A stretch of DNA of 63,671 bases, counting the filler, from Octopus bimaculoides (lineage: Eukaryota), in NCBI RefSeq assembly GCF_001194135.2. It is 5 parts of 5 records of this genome, joined end to end, with 100 filler letters (N's around TTAATTAATTAA, not from the genome) between each part and the next. Parts side by side here need not be neighbours in the genome. Positions count along the whole stretch, not along the records: positions 23,266 to 42,588 come from NC_068983.1; positions 42,689 to 59,400 come from NC_069005.1; 3 more parts are not named here. One strand, 5' to 3'. How positions within the stretch are numbered: the first letter of the stretch is position 1; each line of letters opens with the position of its first letter. Shown here piece by piece: positions 39,485-51,300 of the stretch. The notes under the pieces are model-generated. The model was not told the DNA's origin, searched no databases, and saw only the letters and a program-made list of their open reading frames with translations. The translations under genes and the position numbers were made by a program.

Positions 39485-40768
39485 TTTGGTCATCCCATAA
39501 ATAATGCGCTTTCTTATTTCAGTTGCATGGACTAAAAGCGGGAGGGGGACAGGATAGACTACCTGTATGAACTTGCTATATGAGCAGGTGGTAATTTTAC
39601 CTTGTCCTTATTCTTAGTGCAAAGTTTGAAGAGTGCAGTTCGATTTTAACAGTAATTTTTCAAAGCAATAATGGAAGTGACAAAGGAACATATTCGGTAT
39701 ATTTTGCTTTATGAGTTCAATTAACGGCAACAACGCATCGGAAAGTGCGAGGAATATTAAGACAGTAAATGAAGATTGGACAATAAGCGTAAGCCAGTGT
39801 CAACGGTGGTTCCAGAAATTCCGAGCCGGAAACTATAGCCTGGAAGACGAGCCTCGTCCTGGAAGATCTGTAGAGCTCCACGAGGACATCTTGCAAAGCC
39901 TGGTGGAACAAAATCCTATCGTAGCAGTTGTGGAACTAGTAGAAAAGCTTGGATTTGGTCATTCAATCATTCATCGACAGCTGCGTGCCGTCGGAAAAGT
40001 CAGCAAATTGGGTCAATGGGTTCCTCACAAACTCTTCGCGTTTAATCGCGCGCAGGGAGAGAATGTATGCTATTCGTTGCTGTCACGTCTCACGAATGAA
40101 TCTTTACTGGACAGAATAGTGACTGGTGACGAGAAATGGGTTCTCTATAAAAGTATCAAGCACCGAAAACAGTGGGTAGTGAAAGGAGAAACAGGGACAC
40201 CCCAGACTAAAGATGTTCTTGACAGAGGTAAGGTGATGTTATCTGTTTGGTGAGATATAGAAGGTTTAGTCCACTTTTTAATCCAACCCAAACGATAACA
40301 AAGGAGATCTACTGCGAGTAACCTGAGCGGCGTAAGTCGGCGCTAGAAGGAAAACGACCATCTTTGGTTTCAAAATGAAAGGTGTTTACCTCTCAGGATA
40401 ATGCTCGACCACATACTGTGAGGGTAAAATTCTAAAGACTGGAGCTGCTTGAATGGGAAATGATACCCCACCCACCATATTCGCCGGACATTGCCCCATT
40501 TCATTATCATGTATTCCGCAGTCTTCAATATCATTTGGACAGAAAAAATATGAATTCTGTAGACGAGATCAGAAGAAGTACTGGAAGAGTATTTTTCGTC
40601 ACGGACAAGTATATTTTGGAAGAGGGGCTTTGCACGTCTACTATATAGATGGAAGAGCATTGTAGAAAATGAAGAAGAGTATATTACCAAATAAAAAAGA
40701 ACTTTGTTTATCTTAATTTTGAAAAATAAAAGTATAAAAAAACGCATTATTTATGGGAAGATCCAACA
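39485..40768 (+). mobile_element. Full-length (~1.28 kb) mariner, inactivated
   Basis: TIRs ggtcatcccataaataatgcg / cgcattatttatgggaagatcc; HTH RWFQKFRAGNYSLEDEPRPGR, WVPHKL, VTGDEKWV, QDNARPH, YSPDIAPFH (third D lost); stops and frameshifts. Confidence 0.95.
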
Positions 40769-40811
40769 GATAGATAGAGAGAGAGACAGAGAGACAGACA
40801 GGTAGACAGGT

Positions 40812-40842
<31 letters not shown>

Positions 40843-41537
40843 TAGGCAGACAGACAGACAGACAGACAGTGAGAGAGAAAGACCATATGAGTATATATGT
40901 GTGTATGCGTGTACGTGTGAGTAATAGAAAATTGTTTACAACGTATATTTAAATAGCTTTCGTAATGAGGAGAGGAAATTTCATACATAGAAAAATGCTT
41001 CTGCTATCTGAGTTTATAATAATATAGTTTATTTTCGAATTCCTATGAGATAACTTGGCTTGTTCAGGTATGAAATTTTTCAACCATGTTATAAGAAGTC
41101 GGCACGTATACAATTCACACACGTACGCACCCGAACAAGTAGACACTTCACAAAAATACATACAGAAATATAAAACACGGACGAAGAGAAATATCAATGC
41201 ATAAACATAAGTTATATTCATACACACATACCTACAAATATCCACACACAGACATATATGTATACATATGTATACATATGTGTGTTTATGTGTTTGTGTT
41301 AGTTTGTATGTGCATATTGATATTTATATACACGCACAACACAAATAAATATGCATGTATGTGTGTGTGAGAGAGTTTTACTATAAGACGCAGACTGTCC
41401 TCTCACTAAAATATCTACAACAATACATTTGTAGAGTAAACTTTCTTCGTAACCATATGAAAGAATGCCCAATAGAGATTACATAGTTCTTGAGAAAGAA
41501 GAAACATAAGCATAAGTGTGTATACATACATATATAC

Positions 41538-41570
<33 letters not shown>

Positions 41571-42689
41571 NNNNNNNNNNNNNNNNNNNNNNNNNNNNNN
41601 NNNNNNNNNNNNNNNNNNNNNNNNNNNNNNNNNNNNNNNNNNNNNNNNNNNNNNNNNNNNNNNNNNNNNNNNNNNNNNNNNNNNNNNNNNNNNNNNNNNN
41701 NNNNNNNNNNNNNNNNNNNNNNNNNNNNNNNNNNNNNNNNNNNNNNNNNNNNNNNNNNNNNNNNNNNNNNNNNNNNNNNNNNNNATATATATATATATAT
41801 ATATAAGTTTATATATACATATATATGTGTGTGTGTTTGTGTGTGTGTGTGTGAGAGAGAGACTGTGTTGGCCCCACTCGCACCACCATCGCTTGAAAAC
41901 CGATGTTGGTGTGTTTACGTCCCCGTAAACTAGCGGTTCGGCAAAGAGTCCAATAGAATAAGTGCCGGGCTTGCAAAAGAATATATCTGTATGTTTGTGT
42001 GACTGTATATGCATCTGTGTATGTATGTATGTATGTATGTATGTATGTATGTATGTATGTATGTATGTATGTATGTATGCATGTATGTATGCATGCATGT
42101 ATGTATGTATTTTTGTATATATGTATGTATGTATGTATATGTATATATACGAAGTTATGTAAATGAGAAATTACGTAATCCACGGAATTAGTTTGCAACT
42201 GTATCTGCCAAAAGTTACAGTGCAAAGTACTGAGCACTTGTTCCGAAGAAGTTATAAGTTGATGCAGAAGCACTCAGCTCTGTGCACATTACATTTAATT
42301 GTAGAAATAGATGAAAGCTAATGATGTTGATTACGTAAATCCCTCATCATTTCTTTAATTTGATATTAATTTTTTTGTCTTTATCCCGAAAAAGATGTAT
42401 ATTGTTCTAACACAAAATTATTTACATCGCTATGCTCAAACACTATCTTAACACACACAAAGACACACATACACAGATGGACAAACAGGTAGACAGATAG
42501 ATACATTTCTTTTATTAGCCACACAGGGCTCAACGAAGATGGGACAAATACAATGTAGAGCTTTTCTTTTTGGGAGGGGGAAGGAAGGNNNNNNNNNNNN
42601 NNNNNNNNNNNNNNNNNNNNNNNNNNNNNNNNTTAATTAATTAANNNNNNNNNNNNNNNNNNNNNNNNNNNNNNNNNNNNNNNNNNNNA

Positions 42690-42860
42690 TATATATATAA
42701 TTGTATTTGTATATATATATATATAATTGTATTTGTATATATATATATATATAATTGTATTTGTATATATATATATAATTGTATTTGTATATATATATAT
42801 ATAATTGTATTTGTATATATATATATAATTGTATTTGTAAATATATATATAATTGCATAT
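42690..42860. repeat. (AT)n-AATTGTATTTGT minisatellite
   Basis: Unit repeated ~6 times with variable (AT)n length. Confidence 0.85.
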
Positions 42861-43479
42861 GTGTATATAATATGTAATGCACAGGCATACACACAAGTGT
42901 GTATGTCTCCCAGATTGCTGTTCTAAGACTTCTTTTGATACCTCTAAACTCTACTAATCCATCAGCTGGTGGCTGATATTATATTATTATATGGTTGTAG
43001 AGTGTGTAATCTTTATTTGTTGTTTCATCCACCTCCTTCTCCATTCCTATAATTGAAAGGTGGTGGGGGTCTTTTGAGAGTATTTTCAACAAGGAAATGG
43101 TTCCTTTTCAACAGCATGCAGACTATTATTTGGTTGTGCCTGCCACCATCATCAAATCATCATCATCATCATCATCATTGCTGTTGTTCTTCATAGTCAT
43201 TTTTCGTTGCTATTCTGTTCATGTTTATAGTCACCATCAATAATGCTGTCATCATTATAGTCACCATCACCACTACTACCAGCATCATTATTCTCATAGT
43301 CAGCAGCAGCAGCAGCATCACAGTCATCATTGTCATTACCACTGCCTCTGTCATCATCAGCACCACCACCGTCATTGTCATCATCATCACCACCACTATC
43401 ATTGTCATCATCAATGCCCTTGTCTGTATTGTCAATGTCATTCTCACACATAGCTTTTATCACTACCGTAGAGTTGATG

Positions 43480-43705
43480 TTATGGTTGCCATCATCCACC
43501 ATGTAGCAATTGTCTCCATCCATCATGTAGCACTTGTCTCCACCCACCATGTAGCACTTGTCTCCACCCACCATGTAGCAGTTGTCTCCATCCACCATGT
43601 GGACCATTGCCATCTTCTGTGTAGCATTGTCGCCTACCTTATAGCCATTGTTATTGTCCACCATGTAGCAAGGAAAATTGCTGTCCTCCACCATGTAGCT
43701 GTAAT
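43480..43705. repeat. 24-bp minisatellite next to a (CAT)n-like low-complexity tract
   Basis: ccaccatgtagcacttgtctccac-like unit, ~8-9 degenerate copies. Confidence 0.8.
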
Positions 43706-44701
43706 TATCTTCTACCATATAATTCCTTTTGTCTTCTGGTCATCCAGTTTTCCAGTCAAGAAATCCTTATTCATTTCTGAAGGATCTTGTTATATTTTGA
43801 AATGTTATTATTCGTGTTCGTATTTAACCCCAGTTAATTCTTATCCCCATTATTGCCCCATTTTTCTTTAATGTCCTCCTGACCTTTCCACCACCTTTAG
43901 CAGGGTGGTACCGCCCACTTTGGGGACCACTGGCTTAGACATATATCACAGGCTTCTTTCAGTTTCTGCCTACCACATCAGCTTAAAAAGGCTTTGGTCA
44001 ACCCAGGGCTTGGAAGAGAAGACACTTGGTCATGGTGCCATGCACTGGGACTGAACTGGAAACCATGCTGTTAGGAAGCATGCTTTCTCAATCATATAAC
44101 CACACATATGTCTATAGAAGCAAAATCTTTTTTTTTTCTCCCTCATTTAATAAGATATGAAGAGCAGACAAACTTTCGCTAATAATTTTGTCAGTGGTGG
44201 TGGTGGTGGTGGTGGTGGTGTGGATAGGACTCTGCTTGGACAGTTTGAGAACCACTGTCTTGGCATTTGTGATACTGGCCATCTTAGGAAGTGCTTACAG
44301 ATGCTGTTACCACAACAACATAGTTTATGGTCTTTGCACAAGTCTGCACACATCAGAAATGTTACAGTTTTTCTCTGAGTGGATAATCACTTCTAGGAGA
44401 TAACTGTGGCATTTATAGTGTAATAGTTTTAAAAACCCATCAGTTCAATTTGAGGTTGTCAGAAATTATGAAATGAAGAACATTTGCGATTCTGACATTG
44501 CTGTTTCCATACCTCTGTCTGTCTGAATTTTGCTCCCCCAACCCCCTCTCAGTTAAAATAATACATGTGTTAATATCTCTTGCAGATGAGGAAGTAGGGA
44601 CCAGATTGAGTATAAAAACTATATTTATACCAATTGACTACCTAGATTGTTTTGACTGATATATATACGTGTGTATTTGTGTGTGTGTATATATATATGT
44701 A

Positions 44702-44753
<52 letters not shown>

Positions 44754-45115
44754 TGCATATACATATATATATACATATATTTGTGTGTGTATATATATTT
44801 CTGTGTGTGTATATATATACATACATATATATATATATGTATATTGTTTGGCTGATAGCCAGTGCATAACCAGCTAACCTAGATTTTGCCAAACCCAACT
44901 TGGCATTCACAAATCTTGAAGAGCAAAAAGGTAAAAAAAAATATATATAAATAAACAAATAAATTTTTAAAAAAATATTATTACCTAATTTTTTATGTTC
45001 CTGTTAAGCATAAACCATCGAAAACAAAAACAAAAACAACAAAAATAATAAATATCAAAATCAAATCAAATCAAAATCACAGAAAAGAAAGTAATTCCTT
45101 TTCTTTCTAAAACAG

Positions 45116-45140
45116 ACCAATAGAAAAAGACTTCTTACAG
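45116..45140 (+). CDS. Candidate 25-nt micro-exon (KPIEKDFLQ)
   Basis: ttccttttctttctaaaacag| acceptor; CAG|gttaac donor (alternative TTG|gtaaca at 45156); phase compatible with the 37084 and 49252 candidates. Confidence 0.3.
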
Positions 45141-47117
45141 GTTAACTCTTATTTTGGTAACAGTAGCTTATAAATAGAATGTCTTAGAACAGCATTCTCC
45201 TACCTTCTTTTATTTTATTATTTAGGCACTGGGATTTACTAATTCTTCCTTTTTTTCCTTAATTTTTTTTATTGGTTTCTTTTTTTTTTTTATTGTTGTG
45301 ATTATTTTTTTTTCTTTTTGTTTGGTTTTCTTCACCTGTTAGTGTTTTGAATAAAAGATGGTGTTATTTTCGTAAGCTGTGTGAAATTCAATAATGAAAC
45401 AATTCACCACTAAGAGGAAAATAGCAGAGGGGGGAAAAAATACTAGTAAATGTTTTTCAAGCCTTTATTAAGACCTTATTTAATAAATGGGTTTTTAATT
45501 AACCACGGTGAGTTCATTAGTGAACAAAACATTGTGTAACATGTTAATTGAGTGAGAATCTTTACAGATTAAAAGAAAAAATAGCTCAGTATTTGCTGGG
45601 ATTCCAACCCTGCATTTATTGATCTGGGTTAGGAACAGGTGTGGCTGTTTGCTTCTCAACCAAGTGGCTTCAGATTCATTCTTATTGCTTGGCACCTTGG
45701 GCAAGTGTTTTCTATATATAACCTCTCAGGTTGACCAAAGCCTTGTGAATGAATTTGGTAGGTGGAAACTGAAACAAGCCCACTATACACATAAGTATGT
45801 GTCTGTGTGTGTGTTGTTTGTGTATCTTTGTCTTGTAAACAAACTGTCATTCTGAGTGAGTTCATAGGAGTTTCAAAAGAGGATTAGGGTCCACAAAAAC
45901 AGTTCCTGCCTGTATTTGTAAGCCCCCATATGTGACCAGAGGCAGGTCATCCTCTCATGTTACATTTTCTTGTCACAGCATGCCTGCAAACGTAGTCCAA
46001 CACCACCAGGAAGCTCCCGGATTCCAGAATTGACTCCACCTGGAATTCACCATTGCCCTTCAATTAGATGGGTTGTGGCCCTAGCACTGTCAATATCAGA
46101 CATGTCTGCATTGGGTGGCCCTACTTGAGACTTGAAGTCCTCGATGGCATGCCTCTGACACTCACCTGTTTAACCTTCCCACCACAATGAGGTCAAAGGT
46201 TGGGCTTGGAGAGAGAATGCCATTACAAGACAAGAGACAATTGTCACCATTATATAAGTGTTTCTAATTCAGGTACGAGACCAACAATTTTGAGGGGAGG
46301 GGATTAGTCAATACTATTAACCCCAGTATTGGACTGGTACATTATTTTCTTGACCCTGAAGGGATTAAAGGTAAAGTTTATTCTTGACACGATTTGAACA
46401 CGAAATGTAAAGAGCTGGAACAAGTATCGCCAAGTGTTCTTACCAATGCTCAAGGAACTCTAGCAGGACCAGCAGTGTTGAGAGGAACGGATTAGCTTAT
46501 CCTGCTGACCTCAGTACATAACTGGTACCAATTTTATCGATCCTGGTGGAATGAAAGACCAAAGCTAACTTTGGTAGGATTTGAACTCAGAATATAAAGA
46601 ACCAGAGGAAATACTGCATACCATTCTGTCTGATGTTCTTAATGATTCTACCAAGCCACCACTCTTGATGATAATGATGATGATGATGATGATGATGGTG
46701 GTGGCAGAGGTAGTGACAGTGGTGGTGACAATAGCCATCTTTGTTATTTTGTGTAACATTTCTGCTACTTTAAATAGTCAACAATTTCCTGAACGGGTTC
46801 TATTTTCAGACTCTGACAGGATATTTAATCTCCTTGTGGGTCCCTTGATGGGTATCACCAACAAGTTGACGCATTGAATCAGTTGGGTGTTGCTGTACTA
46901 TTAGTGCAACAGAATCTTTTAAAAGATTTCTTTATCGTATTTATTTACAAGATTTTGAATTGTTTTATGAAACTAGTCTGGGTGGAGTATATTTAAAATT
47001 AAAAAAAAAATTGTTACTTTAAAATCTATTTACATATCATTGGGCCAAATTTCCCCCTTCTACCCTCATCCGCAGCACAAATGCCACTCCTTAATAACTA
47101 CTATATATTTGTCTCCT

Positions 47118-47500
47118 GTGGAGGCCCAGTGGTTAGGGCAGCGGACTCGCGGTCATAGGATCGTAGTTTCAATTCCCAGACCGGGCGTTGTGAGTATTTA
47201 TTGAGCGAAAACACCTCAAGCTCCACGAGGCTCCGGCAGGGGATGGTGGCGAACCCTGCTGTATTCTTTCACCACAACTTTCTCTCACTCTTTCTTCCTG
47301 TTTCTGTTGTGCCTGTAATTCAAAGGGTCAGCCTTGTCACACTGTGTGTCACGCTGAATATCTCTGAGAACTACGTTAAGGGTACACGTGTCTGTGGAGT
47401 GCTCAGCCACTTGCACGTTAATTTCACGAGCAGGCTGTTCCGTTGATCAGATCAACTGGAACCCTTGACGTCGTAAGCGATGGAGTGCCGACAACAACAA
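47118..47500 (+). mobile_element. tRNA-derived SINE, same family as 30286-30651
   Basis: Colinear high identity over ~370 bp with the 30286 copy. Confidence 0.85.
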
Positions 47501-48774
47501 TTTGTCTCTTATATATTCTAAGTTAAAAAAAACTGTCATGGTGGACTTTGCCTTTCAGCCATTCATTGTTAGTGAAATACATAGCAGTCAAATAATGAAG
47601 GCTATTTTAAAACATGACCCTATGCTCCCACCCCTTTCTCTAATGCATGGGTCTGTGCCTAAGAAACGATTGTTAATGTTTTACAAAGTGAAATTTCAAA
47701 ACTAGAGAAAATAATGATTAGCTCCAAATGAGAACTGAGGGGGAGAGAGAGAGAGAGAGAGAGAGAGTGTGTGTGTGTGCGCGTGTGCGTGCGCGCGCAC
47801 TCATAATTGTTGAAGATATCATTGTATGCATGCACTCACACACTTACGTATATACACTTAAACACACAGACATGCACACGTACACATGCCTACACACACA
47901 CACACATGCACACTTAGTGGTAGACATGCCATGCAAACCACACACTCTTACATATACATACACTTACACACACACACACACACACACACACGTGTGTGTG
48001 CTGACATTCCTTTAAAAAATATTTGGAACAACTTTCCTCCATAATGTTTTGATAAATGCTGTTCCAATTATGCTTTTTGATAAAAATGGGTTTGGAAGAG
48101 TTTGAATTAATAAATGATTAAATACAGAAGAAAAATATCAATACTTTTTTGATGAGTTATCTGCTTAATTTCATTAATAAACTGTTGTTGAAAGAGAGAG
48201 CTTTTGAGTAATAATCATTATGAAAATATTTCAATAACAACGACAAAAAAAAAAAGAAAAAAAAAACCTATAGGAAAATGGTAAGAAAGAAAGAAAAGCA
48301 ACAAAAGAACATTCAATGTGCCTGAAATAAATTTTCTTGAAGAGGGAAAATTTTATTCTGATAGAATTTCTAGCGTGTTCTGACTAAATGATTGAGTTTT
48401 TCCAAGCATTTGTATCAACTCGATTGTGAATAGCTAACATCACCATTAGAAGCTAGTTTCATAATTTTCCAATATCTTCGGCTTCTCTGTTTCTTTTATT
48501 GCTTCTTTTTATTGATTTCGCTCGTCGGTGATCATTCTAGAACACTGCCACTTTCTAGCGTAGAGTCAATTTTGTCGACCTTGGTCTTCCTGGTTTTTAT
48601 CGACCCTGTAAGCGTCGGTCAGTTTAAGGACGAAGTAGACCTCGGAAGAATTTGAATTCAGAGCATGAAAAGACATCAACAAATATTTAATACATTCGTT
48701 GAAACAGGCCATCTTTGTCTTAACTGATTTTGAAAATATGAAGAATTTAGTAAAATAATAATTATTATTCTTTT

Positions 48775-48978
48775 ACTCTTTTACTTGTTTCAGTCATTTG
48801 ACTGTGGCCATGCTGGAGCCCCGCCTTTAGTCGAGCAAATCGACCCCAGGACTTATTCTTTGGATGCCTAGTACTTATTCTATTGGTCTCTTTTGCCGAA
48901 CCGCTAAGTTACGGGGACGTAAACACACCACCATCAGTTGTCAAGCGATGTTGTGGGGACAAACACAGACACACAAAC

Positions 48979-49029
<51 letters not shown>

Positions 49030-49190
49030 TATGATGGGCTTCTTTCAGTTTCCGTCTACCAAATCCACTCACAAGGCTTTGGTCGGCCCGAGGCTATAGT
49101 AGAAGACACTTGCCCAAGATGCCACATAGGGGGACTGAACCCGGAACCATGTGGCTGGTAAGCAAGCTACTTACCACACAGCCACTCCTA
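48775..49190 (-). mobile_element. Abundant tRNA-derived SINE, third family (representative full copy)
   Basis: Head ggagtggctgtgtggtaag...ggttcagtccc, (TA)n middle, tail ...ccagcatggcc.cagtcaaatgactgaaacaag. Other copies or fragments at ~3020-3240, 8570-8790, 10125-10240, 22945-23640, 41880-41980, 43950-44100, 45620-45840, 52345-52500, 53860-54085, 55560-55945 and 63480-63640. Confidence 0.85.
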
Positions 49191-49251
49191 TGCTATCATT
49201 ATTAAACTGGTGTTTGAAACATAAGTTTCAAGTTAGATCCCTTTAAAACAG

Positions 49252-49283
49252 GAAGTTCATAATGCAGACCCAGGGACAGTTTG
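49252..49283 (+). CDS. Candidate 32-nt micro-exon (EVHNADPGTV..)
   Basis: ccctttaaaacag| acceptor and consensus TTG|gtaaga donor; open in two frames. Confidence 0.4.
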
Positions 49284-50465
49284 GTAAGAAAAAGGCTGAA
49301 CCATTTATTTACCATATTTCAATTGAAATACACAGCCTTTATTTAATTAATTTTGAAAATTATGAAGGGTTTAGTAAAATAACTTTCTCATTTTTAAGTT
49401 GTACAAGGAACATAAGTTTAACACGAAATTTTGATGGAAGGTTTTCATATAGATCACTTTGACCATTTTGTTACGAAATTGATATTACAGTTGCTGTGTG
49501 AGGTCTTTAATTTAAACTTGTGTGCTCCAGTAGGTAACTGGTATTTTATTTGCCAACCCATGAAGAAGCTGTAGAGAAAAGTTGTCCTTATATATAGCAT
49601 GCAAACCCTGAATGTGAGGGGATGTAGCTAAATGCCAAATGGCGATTTTTTTCATCGCGTTACCGATTCTGCAACACGCCAGCTCTTGCTGTAACCAAAT
49701 ATTAATGAAATTAATATTACAGTTGTTGGGTGAGGTCTTTAATTTAAACTTGTGTGATAGTTGCTGCAATATAATCCCAGGAAACGTGGAACAAAAGGGA
49801 GGCTAAAGCTAGTTAATCAGGCTGATTGGATCATCTGTGTCGATGGAGAAACACAGATATTAAAATATCAAAGCAACACGGATTTCACTTTTGGCGCTCG
49901 CTTTTCTCTCCGATACATGTTTGGTTGTGTAACATGCAATCTGTAGAAATATATGGAAAATGCTAATTTCATCAAACTAATTGAATTCACCAAAGCTTCT
50001 CCTTCCACTCTCCATTATGAGAAAAATTCCCCAGGTTATAGCGGAGTGATGGGTGGGTTGGCTAGAGATGCTTTTACGCGCGCATGCAACCCTCTCCTTC
50101 CTAACTTTGTGTTGAATTACTTATTAAAGGGGGGAAATCAGTGGAAATGATCTGCTTCCATTGCCATGGAGTTTGTGTTGCCTGGTGATATGTCTCAGAG
50201 GAAACGGTTATTAAATGTTTCCTGATAAACTCTGTCAAGAGAGAGCAAACAGGAATATACTGTGGCAGGAATGATTCAAACTTTGGTGTTCCCAAACAAA
50301 GATTCTTTACATTAATGTCTATTTATAAAAGGAGATTAAGAAACATGTTCCATATTTGCTGATGATACTGTTCTTAGTTCTCACCAATGTGTTTAGTTCT
50401 TATTTAACCCTAGATTAAAATGAGCTCCACCCATGGCCACCCCTTCATTTTCCCAGATATAGTCT

Positions 50466-50688
50466 TAACTCTTCAGCATTTAGACCAGCCATATCTGCCT
50501 CGAATATTCTACCTGTTTTGTGTTATACCTGAACAGATCTGGCCTCTCACACCTACCCCACAATGTCATTCTCAAAGTATAAATCACATTGAAATCTCAA
50601 AGCTATGAGATAATCCCTGATTGATTAAAAATGATGTGAATAAATAAGCATTACATTTGATAAAATAATCTGAATGCTAAAGGGCTAA
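50466..50688. mobile_element. TTAA-flanked (piggyBac-like) MITE
   Basis: ttaactcttcagcattt ... aatgctaaagggctaa termini; inverted partial copy at ~54840-54938 ending aaatgctaaagggttaa. Confidence 0.6.
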
Positions 50689-51149
50689 CGATAACATTAT
50701 CCAATGTGGCTTTCTCTTTTTCTTTTATCACTATATAATGTGATGTCAGAGTAATGTGGCTGCTCTTTCAAGCAGCCACATAAAGGCTCCAACAATTTAT
50801 TCTAGGAATGTCACATTGGTTTAGCTCCTTCATTACCAAATTTCTGCCAAATTACACTGCTTTTTGTTTCAGTTAATTTTGAATGTAATGAATTTCGGAT
50901 AGAATAACTTTGTCGTTATTGAACTGGTGTTTGGGACATGAATTAGCATGAAATGTCGATGGAAGACTTCGATTTGTATCATTTTTACTGTTTTAGTTAC
51001 CATATTTCTTTTGAAATATGCTGGCATGGGTTGGATGGTTTGACAGGAGCTGGCAAGACCAGGAGTCATACCAGGCCCCATTATTTTGGCATGGTTTTTA
51101 CAGCTGGATGCCCTTCCAAATGCCAACAACTTTACAGAGTGTACTGAGT

Positions 51150-51300
51150 GCTTTTTACGTGGCACCAACACAGGTGCTTTTTGCATGGTACCATTACAGG
51201 TGCTTTTTATGTGGTACCATCACAGGTGCTTTTTATGTGGTACCATCACAGGTGCTTTTTATGTGGCACCAGCGCTGGTGCTTTTCCTGTGGTACCAGCA
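51150..51300 (-). repeat. 25-bp tandem repeat in an inverted RTE tail
   Basis: caggtgctttttatgtggtaccatca-like unit repeated ~6 times. Confidence 0.8.
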
